From NCBI GenBank assembly GCA_964036045.1, contig OZ038378.1, positions 16,182,001 through 16,246,000 on the forward strand: a stretch of DNA of 64,000 nucleotides, written 5' to 3'. The position numbers were made by a program, and so were the translations under genes. This document shows, in pieces, positions 39,101 to 51,100 of this stretch; the first letter of the stretch is position 1, and each line of letters starts with the position of its first letter. This DNA comes from Eutreptiella sp. 'Long Island Sound 2002' (lineage: Eukaryota > Protista > Euglenida). A model generated the notes under the pieces. That model saw nothing but the letters and a program-made list of their open reading frames with translations. It ran no database searches and had not been told where the DNA came from.

Positions 39101-42100
39101 GGGGGGGGGGCGCACGTGACATCAACAATGTCAAGCCACGGGGGGGCGGCCAGTCGCTGGTAGCATCACACATATGTACGTGCTCCTGTGCTGTCCCTGC
39201 TCCACTGCTCCGTGCACTTCCATGTGCTGCACACCCGACCGCTCGAACACCTGAACACAAATTTGTGGTCTGAGCACTGGTCTGGCCCACCCTCGCCTGG
39301 CCCCACGTCTGCATGTCTGCATGTGCCCATATCCATGGATCAGGATTGGTGTACCGCGGGGTGAAGGTCATGCCCTACAGCACCGGCTGCACCACGACCC
39401 TGTCCAATTTCGAGGCCAACATGAATTATCAAGACGTCTCAGACCCTTCGGTGGTGGTGAGCTTCCCCCTTGTGGAGGACCCCACCACCTCATTGCTCGC
39501 GTGGACCACCACCCCATGGACGCTCGTCAGTAACCTCGGGCTCTGCGTCAACCCAAAGTTCAAATATGTGAAGATCAAGGACACGAAGACAGGTCTTGCA
39601 GGGCTGCAGGATTGTGCGGTAGGGACTGCTGCTGCTGCTGCTCGGGGCTTCAACGAGCAGCAGATTAGTAGCGGCCAAAGCGGCAAACCACCAGAAAGCT
39701 CAAACCTGCGTTGGCATGCGTAGACCCATGCGCCTGCACGCACACACTCCTCCCGAGTTACGTAGCCTGGTGACCCCCTCCCCCCCCCCCCCCCACACAC
39801 ACCACCACCACCTCCCCCCCCCCCTGCCGCGTCGGATGGGCCTGGACAGGGGGCTTCCACCACCGGGTTTCGCTTCAGCGGATACCTCTCCCGGGGAAGG
39901 TGCGATCCGGATGGGGCAGCGGTACCACTGCCATAACAAGTGCCACACACTTGGAGCTGCGGTGGGTGTGATGTCCTCTGGCAAGCCTCACCAGTATCAA
40001 GACCTGCCGACCTGGTCCTGCGGTCTAGTGGCTCGGCCCTGACCTCGTGCATCATGTCTCGGACTCTGCACCACTGCCCGTGTGTCTCTGACGCTGTGGC
40101 ACAGTGTGGGACCTGCAGTACTGCCACTGCTTGCGGGTGAGCGCAGATACTCCACTGACTGCTAAGCGTAGGGCACACAGTGCCCCCGGTCAGTACCATG
40201 AAATAACATGGTGTGTGTGTGCGGGCGCGTGTGTGTGAACGACGATGGAACACAAGGTGGGGGAACGCAGTGCGCTGTAAAGAGCAGAGTGTCAGCGGTG
40301 TCCTGTTACTCCCGAGTCCAACGCGGGGGAGCCTGCGACACCCTGACAGGTCAGCCACAGGGTCTCAGAGCCCGGCGCTTCAGGCCATGTCAATACTGGT
40401 GCTGGACACATTCCTATCCCATCCCATCCCATCCCCCCCCCCCCCCTGGCCTTTATGGCACCCCCCCCCCCAGTTTCCTGGCCCGTAGCATGGGACGCCC
40501 GCCAGCCCCTGATGCACCCCCGCAGGTGAAATTGCCGGCTGTGCAGGGCAGTGCACTACTGCCCTGCCATACCAATTGTGGGACATAGAATAGGGGCCGG
40601 AGCAAAGGCTCCGCCGGTCGTTGCACAGGGTCGCGCAGCCAGACGTAGTGGCAAGCCCCGTTCGTTCACGTCAGTTGTGCCCGCCAGGCCCGTCTCGTGA
40701 GTTTTGGTGTGGACCTAGCCCTACTGTGGTGGCGTGAAGCTCCGGGCAATGCCGCCATTGCTGCCTTCGTGATAGGCGTGCGGACCGGGGTGCACACATA
40801 CAAGCCTGTGTCAGTTCACAGGGGCAGGGTGGGTCCTGAATCCGGCTGTGGTGCTCTAGTCACTGTGAACAGTCAGTGCACCCAGCACTGAGGGGTACAG
40901 CTCTGAATAGACAAGCCCTTCACAGCGCAACAACATTTTGCTGCAGATTTGTAGACCATGGAATGCTATGGTCCATGCACTTTGCAGACATGTGCACAGG
41001 TTGGCAGGGACACATCGGCCGAGGATTGTCGTTGTTGCTGCTGCCTCGCTGGCTGAGGTACGACTCACAAGGGGAACCAGAGACTGAGGCGAGGGCGCCG
41101 AATCCGCGGGCTCCCTGACGGCGTGGGCGAGCCGGATGGTTGAGCAATGGGTGGGGAGGGTGTGCATGTATGTATGTTTGTAAGCCGTTTCACCAGTCCG
41201 ACCGTGAAGGCAGTGGTGGCGGCCATCTGACTTTATGGATCCGAAGAGGCCCTATGAGCTCTGGACGAACTACAACACCAACAGCAACAGACACAGCGGA
41301 GCAATACGGCAGAAGGGCCCCTATCCCCTCCCCCCCCCTTTCTACTGGAAGATTTCACTGTAGCACGGGTATCCCTTGCCTGTTCCCTCTCGTTCTCCCG
41401 ACTGAATCATGGCTGCCAGCCCTGCTTTGTTCTGGTTGTGAGAGGTGCATGCCCCCTTTCCCCTGCCCTGAGTGAGGGCACCCTGGAAGGTGCCAGAAGA
41501 ACGGTGTGCTACAGTCATGAGCCTCCGACTGAACAAGTTTCTGAAGTTGTTGCTCGATGGCTTCGTTGGTGTTCTGTAAGGTCCGTCCACATGACTTCAA
41601 AATGTGCCTGTACCTGTACTGAGGTCTGTCTTCCAGATTCCCCCAATTCCCTGGGAACTACCCCCCCCCCCTCCCCTCCCCTGCACACTCAAAGTTACCC
41701 AAGGCACAGTCAGCTCCCGGACCGTACCAATTTTGATTTCCTGATTTTCCTTCCAACTGAGGCCTGTGTTTCTCAAGTATTTTGTCACCCCCCATCTGGA
41801 CTCATGCCGTTTTCAGATTTCGTAAAGTAAAGTATATAAAACCCCCCATCCAGCTGACAGTATTATTGCTCACCACAAGGGAACACATGTCTTTTTCGGA
41901 AAAAAATTTTTTGGATACTTGCTCCGTGTTGTAAGGACCCAACCGACCCGAGAAGTATGCGATGCCTACTGAATATGCTCTCATGCAAGCGAAAGGATCA
42001 CGTCTCTCGCTGTTCAGGCGGGATGGCTTGGCATGTTACTCTAGCAACCCTGACATGCTATTGCTTAGTGGGCAAAATACCCCGGGGGGGGTGGGTATAG

Positions 42101-45100
42101 GGATGGGTGGGTGGGTTGGCCCCAAATTTCAGCATTTTGGGCCACCAGGCACCCCCCCCCCCCCGCGGGTTGCGGGAGCGCTTTTGGGGGGTTTTGGGTT
42201 TGTGCAGGGCTCTGAGATCGGCCTGAATTTTTCACTTTTTTTTCATAACATGTCAAACATCTTAACCCGTTGTTGCTTGTGTGTGTGAGAATTGGATTGT
42301 AATTCAGTTGGTAGTGGTGCTGAATGTAATTTTTTAAAGGTCCCAGGTTCCATTCCTAGTGCTGGCAAACTTTTGCTGGTCAGTTCTGCTCTGCTTGTCT
42401 GTGACTGTGGGTGGAGCGCATGGACCCCCCCCCCCCCAGGGGGGGGGTTAGGGTTGGATGGATGGGTGGATGGGTGGCCGGGTGGGTGGGTGGCTGAGCC
42501 CTGGCCAAGGCCCAACTTAACCCCCCCCCCTGGGGTCACTAAGCAATGGCCTGAACCCTGTACAACCCTGTGCAATGCTCAACGACTTTACAACCCCCAA
42601 AACCCCCACAGCACCCCTTACAACCCGTTACCCACCCCCAAACATCCTCCACAGCCCTTTACTATCCTCAACAAACATTTGTACCCCTCAGAACGCTCAA
42701 CAACCACAACCCTCGTGATATATACACAGGCAACGTGTGGATTCTGGCTGAGACACGGCTGTGCCAGTTGTACGACCTGAAGAAAGCCGAGAAGGCGAAG
42801 CCGCCCCTTTTTGAGAAGCTCGCAGAATTTCAAGGTTTGTTTGCGCAATGCATTAAAACGCTGCACTACTTTATGAACCGCTTCTACTAAATGTAACATG
42901 CATTATGAACAATGGCGTACGTGTTATGAAAAATGTAATATGTGTCGTGCAAAATTGTGTACCCATTTTGGACAAGTTGATATGCATCATGGAAAATGTA
43001 CTATGTAAAATATTTTGTGGAGGAGGTGATATATGTGTTGCAGGAAATGTGATATCGTTGGTGGAAAATGTAACAAGCATTGTGGAAAATGGAATGGTAT
43101 GTGATAAACGGTGGTAGCTCTGAGAGCCGTTGTGGAAAATGTATTGTATGCTGTGGAAAATTTACTACGTGTTTTGCAAAATGCAATACGCTGTGTAAAA
43201 CCTGTGGTACGTGCAGTGCAATATGTATTTTATGTTCCAGAATTATTGTGGAAGGCTCAATACATGTTGCGGAAAATATCACAAGTGTTGGCGAAAGCGT
43301 GCTGCGGAAAATGTAATACCCAGTGTGGAAAGTATTACACTTTGCGGAAAATGTACCGCTTGTTGTGCATCTGCCACATTTTCTGGAAAATGTATTGCGT
43401 TGTGCACAATGCAATACCTGTTGTGGAAAATGCAACACATGGTGTGGAAAGTGTAAGGTGTGTGTGGAAATGTATCACTGTGGACAATGAGAGATGTGTT
43501 CTCGAAGATATCATAAGTGTTCTAAAAACTGCCATCACTGCAGAAGATCACGCAAAGACATGGCCCTGGACGCCCGTTTTTCTACTACGCAGCCCAAGCG
43601 GACCCCCTCCCCCTTCCAACACAATCCCCTCCTTTGGCATACCTGCAGTGGGACAACTGTTGGAGCTGAGACAACTGCTCAATGTCTTCTTACAATGCAT
43701 CGACCTGGCAATCTTCGTTCCCTTGGGGCGGAGTATGTATATCTTTTTTAAAATCTCTGAGAAAAGGCCGTTTCAGAAATGTATGGGTCAGGGGGGGGTT
43801 AAGTGGTCACCTGCAGCCTGCGTGCTTTGACTGGCACCCACCCTGTGTTGAGTGGCATGGCCCACAGGCTGTGAGTCGTTGTCAGGTCCACATTTCGCTG
43901 CTTGGTCAGCCGGACCTTGCGCCATGCAATGGCCTCACTATACCCTGATTTCACCCAGACAAAGCCAGGATGGGGCTGCAAGTTCGCAGGGTCAGGTGCC
44001 GTACCGAAATCCAACCATTGTATTTTGTCATCTCGGATCAACAGCACGTGGCGTGAATTTGTATGTGGACATGGTAGCTGCCTGTTGACGAAAAGAGGCA
44101 GCAAGAAACACAGGCACCGGCCCAAACGGATGAAAATCTCAAGCATATCGTCAGTGCAGCATGCAGACCCAGGGTGTATTCTAAATGGCCCATTTCAAGG
44201 GCTTTCCGAATGTACCCCACGCACCCACCCCTACAGGACACTCAGTGGGCACAAATGAGGCAACAATGGCACCAACCCCCAAAAACCCACCGTTTTGGCA
44301 TAACCGGAACCGACCCCGAGAGATATGTGTTGTGGAGTATGTGATGCATGCTCTGGAAAGTGTAGTCAGCATTGTGGAAAATATAACATTTGTTTTAGAA
44401 AACTTGATACACGATGTGGCGTGAGAAGGGGTTCAGCAATGGACAGGCATCTCTGCAGGTATATGCGTACAGGACATGCGCAACGCAGTCCAAACCATAA
44501 AACTGTGTATTCCAAGAGTCCTCTCAGGAGACGCACTCTAAACGGCCCCTGCGTGACACTGTGCGCATTTTCCCTCCTTTACGTGCCCAGGAACGGAGCT
44601 GGCGGGGAAGGAATATGTCCCGTTGTTCCCCTTCTTTACTGCCATGAAGGAGGAGGGGGCCTTCCGCGTGCTCACCGATGGGTACGTGACTTCGGAGTCC
44701 GGAACCGGGATTGTACATCAGGCCCCTGGCTTTGGTGAGGACGATTACCGCGTGTGTCTGGCCCATGGAATTGTCAAGAAGGTATGTATGCCACGTTGGG
44801 GTGTCCCTGGGTGGCCTGGGGATGGCAACAAGCGTTGGGGGGATGGAGGGGGGAGCGGCAGGGGTGCATTGGAAGATGGTACGCCCATCCTCCCGTGAGC
44901 CGAGACAGCGACCCACCCGCTCTTCCGAACTGGCCCCTGCCAACTGCATTTTACCGACAGTAACCGCTCCATACCGTTTTTCCTACCCTCTCCGATCGCT
45001 TTCCAGCCCGCTCTTGATACCCCGACACCGCTTTCAATGCATTCTGGGGGGGGGGGGGGGGTTCTGCTCCGGTGGTCTTTTTCCCCCGCAAGGAGGATCC

Positions 45101-48100
45101 CCCCCACACATTCCCTGCCCCCCCATTCCTGAAGAATAGCAGGGCGAGCAGTGTGCGCTCTGAAGAGCTGCAGGACGCTGCCCTTCGGTACAGATGTACA
45201 GGAGAATTGATTGATGTGTGTGCAATGGTGGTCCAGGTGACATCTCCCATTTCATGACTGATGAATCCTGAGCAGGGCAAGGCATGCGTGGAATGGCCAT
45301 GATGGACAGCTCCCGTTCGTGGCTATGGTGCCCAGCCGCTGCCGGTGTATAACCGCTGCAACAGTGCTCAGGGAGATGTTCCTTGAACATTGTGGGCCGC
45401 TTGCCCCGGACCCTAATCCCAGACCCATCCCTGCATTTTGGGGCATCAGATGGGCGTATCCCCAGTGGCGGTCTCCTTGGCCCTCTTGTCGCGCTGGTCC
45501 ACCACTTTTGGGATCCGGCTTTGGGGGTCTGGGGGGAGGTGCGACCAGGCTTCGTTTATACGGAATTAAGTTAACTGGGGGGGGGGGTCTGGGTGGGTGC
45601 CCCAGCCTGGGTGGGTGGGTCAAAAGTCTGGGACCCCCCCCCCTCTTAGAATTGTACTCTGGGGGGGGGGGGGTCCTGTAGTCTAGGACCCCCCCGTTTA
45701 ATGTTAGTGTGCAGGCTGGTGGCGCTTTTTTTCGATTTAAAATGTGGTGAACCACCTGAATGGGAGGTATGCATAGCCGAACTAGACTGTAGTAGAACGG
45801 TAGTGCAGCTGTGTGCAGACCTAGAGATCTGTGGTTCCATTCCTGGTCAGGGGAATTTTTTTGAGCTCCGCTTTTTTTTCCAAGGTTGGGAGCTACAGTG
45901 ACATTTTTTGTCATGCCATTGGGGTCGCTTTGTGTGTATCTGCAGACTTGTGTATCTGCAGACCTCATTGTTTTGTTTTGCCTTGCTATGCAGCAGCCTG
46001 GGAAGTACCGCTGTGGTTGTGGAGTACTCATATCCAATGTGGGAAAGGCTGAACGTGAGCACTGCAAAAGTGATAGACATCAAAAATGGTTGAAAAGCCA
46101 GCAAACTACAAAGACCCTTTCAGCATTTTTTGTGAAGGAGCAGAACCCTGTGGGCAGCAGTAGCAGCAGCAGCAGCCCCAGCAGAAAACAACTCGAAAAA
46201 TAAAAAACACAGAAAAAACAGAGAACCCAGCAAAAAATCAGAAAAGTACAACCCCCCCCCCCCCCCAAACCAACAACCGCAACAACCGACCAAGGGAACG
46301 GTAAGGGAAGGAGTGGTGAGAGGCTGATGGGCACCACGGCCTATGGAGGGAAAGGCCAAGGGAAAGGAAAGGGAAGTGGAGAGGGAAGGTTAGGGCAGGG
46401 AGGAAGAGGAAGGTCACAGGGTGGTGAGAGGCCGATGGGCACCACCGTCTATGGAGGGAAAGGGTCCAAGGGAAGGGCAGCGAATGGCGATCGGCCAGTA
46501 GGCGCCGCCAGCTGCTGACGAGAACAACACACCATGGCGTCATGCCAACCCCCCCCCCCCAAAAAAGGCGGGACCACGTGCTTCGGCAGCCGTGGTAGCA
46601 TCACCTCAGGTGGGGCTGGGGAGTTCAGCCCTGGGAGAGCGCCTCAAACCCCCCCTCAAATGTGTATAAGAGGGGGGGGGGTCCTGGGTGGGTGGCTTGG
46701 TCTTGGGTAGGTGGGTGCCTCAAAATCCCAAAACCCCCCAGCCCCTTATAAACGAAGCCTGGGTGCGACCATGCGGACGGGATTCGGGGGCTCGTCACTT
46801 GAGCTTTTTCAGAGACGGTGGATCCGACCAGGGGGTCTCTATTCCCCCCCCCCCCCCCCGCAACAATTCAACCCCCGCCCACCACTTCCCAAGAAACCCG
46901 TTCATGGGCCACGTCTTCCATCATCCAATGGCTCAGCTCCTCCAACCACATACCTCTCCCCTGCTTGACCAGAGCTGTCTAAACATGAGGGGACCCAGTC
47001 GTCGAGAGAACAGTGTGTCCAGAAACTTCCGGTTCGGTTCCCCAAAGTGATGCCAAGATGCACGCCTGCGCCGGGGGGGGGGGGGGGAGTAACAGGCTAC
47101 CCGCCTGCCCCCACCCGCCTGCAGTCCCCCTGTGCCAGGGGCACCGCCCAATGCCTCAGTGCTGTGGCCGCACCGATGCCTCGTCTCCAGGGCAAAGGCG
47201 TGCTATGCCCTGTGGACCCCAGCGGCCGCTACACGAACGAGGTGCCCGACTTCCAAGGCATGTACATCAAAGACGCAGACCCAAAGATCTGTGAGGCCAT
47301 CAAAGCCATGGGCCGTATGGTCAACAAGGGCGCGCTGGTCCACAGTTATCCCTTCTGTTGGCGGTGCGTTGTCCTGTGACCCCTCTTCCCCTGTCGCGGT
47401 ACACATCCCATGCGCTTGTACCCCCTCCCCCCTCCCCATGCGGCATGTGCAGAGGTAAGTACGTACCAATGAAGGTGGGCCGGTGGGAAGGGACGGCCTG
47501 GCCTGGCGCAAAGGGAGGGAAGCCTGAGCAATTTCCAACACCAAAACAGCAGCGGGTCGTGGGCTCTGCAGGCCTGGGTCTTTTTTGGTCACACGTGACC
47601 TGAGCTGCGGATTCAACAGCACCACATGGCACCATCACCGCAGGAGACAGGGCCTGGAAAGCGCACCACGCCGCCGCCACCGGCTCACAGATCTAGGCCA
47701 TGGGAAGAGGACGCAGGACGGGGGATGGGGTGTCAGCAGGGGGATCCTTAATCCAAGAAAAAGGACTGCCGGACTCCCGTACACCTCTGGACCTCAACGG
47801 AGCACTCACCGACGGGCAACTGCAGGCGGCTGAGGGGCAACCCGCGGGTTGACCGTTAGCCAACCGCAAAATCCTGCCACCCAAAACCTCAGTCTGTCTT
47901 GGAGGTTGACGCCTTCGGGGGAGATGGGGATACCAGCCCTCAATGGAATAGAAACAAACGGATGTCTCCTGGGGACCGCCCTGGGGGTCAAGGATGGTGG
48001 TCATGGGGTGGGAGAATTGGAATGCGGGGCAGACCACCTGCAGTGCGCGAGGGGACAGGGGATGGATGCATGGGGACAGGTGCCACAATGAGGGGACGCG

Positions 48101-51100
48101 GAAACCAACCGCCACCTGGCGCCCGTTTGCGTCCCCCATTGCCAGCCAAATCCATCCCTGATGGTTCTCTGCGTGCAGGCCTCCCTCCCTCTCCTGAGCC
48201 TGTGCATGCCGGCTGCCTGCGGGACTTGACCAGGCAAAGGTCAGGTCCATGCGGTCTTGTGCCGTGCAAAAAACGAATGAAGATCGCTGGGCAGCTCCCC
48301 AACCCTCAAGTCGCCATCCTGTGCACGCGAGGAGGCCCGGCGCGGTTGTTGGTCAATACGTAGAGGCACTGTATCTCCCTGCAGGTCCAACAAACCGCTG
48401 ATGTACAAGGCCTGTGCTTCGTGGTTTGTGGAGGTTGAGGCCATCAAGGATCAGGTAGGCACTGCTGCCACTGCTGCCACTGCTGCCACTGCTGCCTGAG
48501 AGTCTCAGCCAGGCTTTGTCGACAGGATCGGTGAACGTGTCCAGGGCCCCACCACACACCCTTTAGTGAGTGACCAATTTCCAAGCTTCTTTTTTCGGAA
48601 AGAGGTAATCTATGGGAACCATGGGAATGATGGGGTGGCGGAACCAATGTCCCATTTCCTTCCCCTTCCCTGCCGCCCGTGACGGCCAGAGCTGACCTAA
48701 CACACAATCTAATACATATTAGATAATATGTATTAGATCTTGTCCGTATTAGATCTAATTCGCATAAGATTGAATGCGCTATTCGCGAATATATAGACGC
48801 TTTACCTGTGTGCAGTCTGTTGGCGCTGTGCACATAGTCTGTACACTGTGCACACCAGGTGTACATGCTGTGCACATATTGTAGACGCGAACAGGTAATA
48901 CTACGGTCGGGGCGTGAAACGGGTGGAGTAGGTCCGTTTGCCTGTCTAATAGGCGGGTTAGCGAATACGGATTAGATCATGTGTTAGGCCAGCCCTGGTG
49001 AAGACAGGTTTCAATAAGACACGGAGGTTTTCTGTTTTTGCTTTAAGGAAAGTCCAGACACTGTTGACCGCCTGTTTTGCAGGGTTTGATCGTTTGCCAC
49101 CGAATCCGAAGCCTCTGCGTTTCCCACCTCCGCCGCTCAGCCCCAGCCAACCGGGCACCGTCTGGCCCTTGGGGGAGATGTCCCCCCGAACGACTGGGAA
49201 ATGCTTCTGACTCTCCCACGCCACCCCATGACCCCCGCCCCCGAGGGTAGATGATGCGCAACCCCAGCCACCCACCCGCCACGAAGGGGTAAGATTTCAG
49301 TCTTGGCTGCCCCTGGCACGCCCCGTCTTCGAAGGATGCAGGCAAGTGTCCTGAGACTGTTGGTGGACGGCTTCGTTGAACAGGGTTGGTCTTCTGGACG
49401 TTCCTTCACACTGTTTTGTCCAACATCACTTCAGATTGTGCTTGTGGTGGCAGTGGGGTTTCCTCGTCCATTACTTCCAGGGAATGGATTTGAACTTTAG
49501 TAAGCAATAGCCTAGTTTGGACGGAGAAAGCGGCAGGGATTAGGGAGCTCTGAAGGAGTCACGGTGAGTAACTCACGCCAGAATGTTTTTTGCTTCCCCC
49601 CAAGCCCTCGTTCCACGTCATCTGCAGCTTCTGGAAGCCTCCGATGCCACGTATTGGGTGCCCGATTTCGTGCACACGCGACGCTTCAACAACTGGTTGC
49701 AGGACGCTCGGGACTGGTGTGTGTCCCGCTCGCGGTACTGGGGGACGCCGCTCCCAATTTGGCACTCGGAGGATTGGCAGGAGATCGTGGTGGTCGGCTC
49801 CGTCGCAGAGCTTGAAGAGCTGACAGGTGCTACGTAGCATGTGGTGGGAAGGGGCATCTACAACAGCGACGACGGAAGGGGGTCAGTGCGGCCAGCGTCG
49901 CTTTGCCATGCCTCCGCATGACCCTGCACGTTCTACAACGCCTCTGTCGTGCCTTTGTGCTATTCCTTGCTCTATGACGCAGGCAAAAAGTTTGATGATA
50001 TTCATCGTGAATTTTTGGACGACGTGAGGATCCCCAGCAAAATGGGTAAAGGTGAGCTGCGGCGCGTTGAGGAGGTGTTTGACTGTTGGTTTGAGAGTGG
50101 ATCTATGCCGTATGCCCAGAACCATTATCCCTTCGAGAACAAGGAGCTGTTCGACAAGACATTCCCGGCAGACTTTATTGCAGAGGGGCTGGATCAGACC
50201 AGGTGTGCCGATGCGTAAGGCCACGTGCAGGTCCTGTGGCCGGTGCTCTAGCCTGCACCTTTGCAGCCACCTGGGTGCACACTTGGCAAGCACACGGGCA
50301 CGGTTCAGGTGCCCTGCTCTGTGTGTGAAGCACAAGATGATGCCAACATCATTGAAAAAGCGCATGAAAACGCGCACCGGCCCAAGTGAATACATGCGTA
50401 GGGCGACCGATGACAGCACAGCGGAGCCTTTGGTGTGTTGCAGAGACGCCAATCAATCTATTTTCCTCAGCTTTCTGGTTCGGGAACAATTTCTGGTGGG
50501 GTGCAGAGAAACCCCACATCCTGCGGCGCAAAATAAGTAGCCTCTCAGTGGCCATGACAGTAGGTCCTCGTTGCATGCCCACTCCAATCACATGCAGATC
50601 TCACATCAGAGGGCACGTCTCCTTGTAGAGGGCAAGTCCAAAGCAGAGCGAACTGCGAGGAGAGACCAAAGGCACAGGACAGACATGCTACGGGCCCTAA
50701 CACTGTGATGCATATCTGTCCAGCACGTTGCGCCAGTGCGCCAACATGCTGTGTCGTGTAAGGGGGTCCGGAGGAGGCTGGGACTGGATGGGTACTGGAC
50801 GGGGACCACACGAAGTGTGGAACGGGGCCTGCAGGAGGTCTGGAGCCCCTCCTGCCCCCCCCCCCCCCCCAACCCGTTCCTCTGATGATGCAAAACGACG
50901 TGTTGTCAGAGGCAGCATCTTCAATTTCCTTTTTGGAAGACATGTTGTCGGTTCCCAGAGCCCTTGCCCCAGCCCCGGCAGTCACATACTGAGGCCAACT
51001 CAGTGGCTATGATGAGGTGGCCCTATTGTGGGCCACCTCATCGTCTCACAGCAGCCCCCGAGTGGCCAAGCCACCTGGAGGTTTCTCTGGCCCCTTGTTT

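Noticed and set aside
45733-45899. cgatttaaaa and agctacagt, resembling two parts of a diplonemid spliced leader
   Set aside because: The fragments are ~150 nt apart and short enough to be chance matches; there is no contiguous SL exon or donor.
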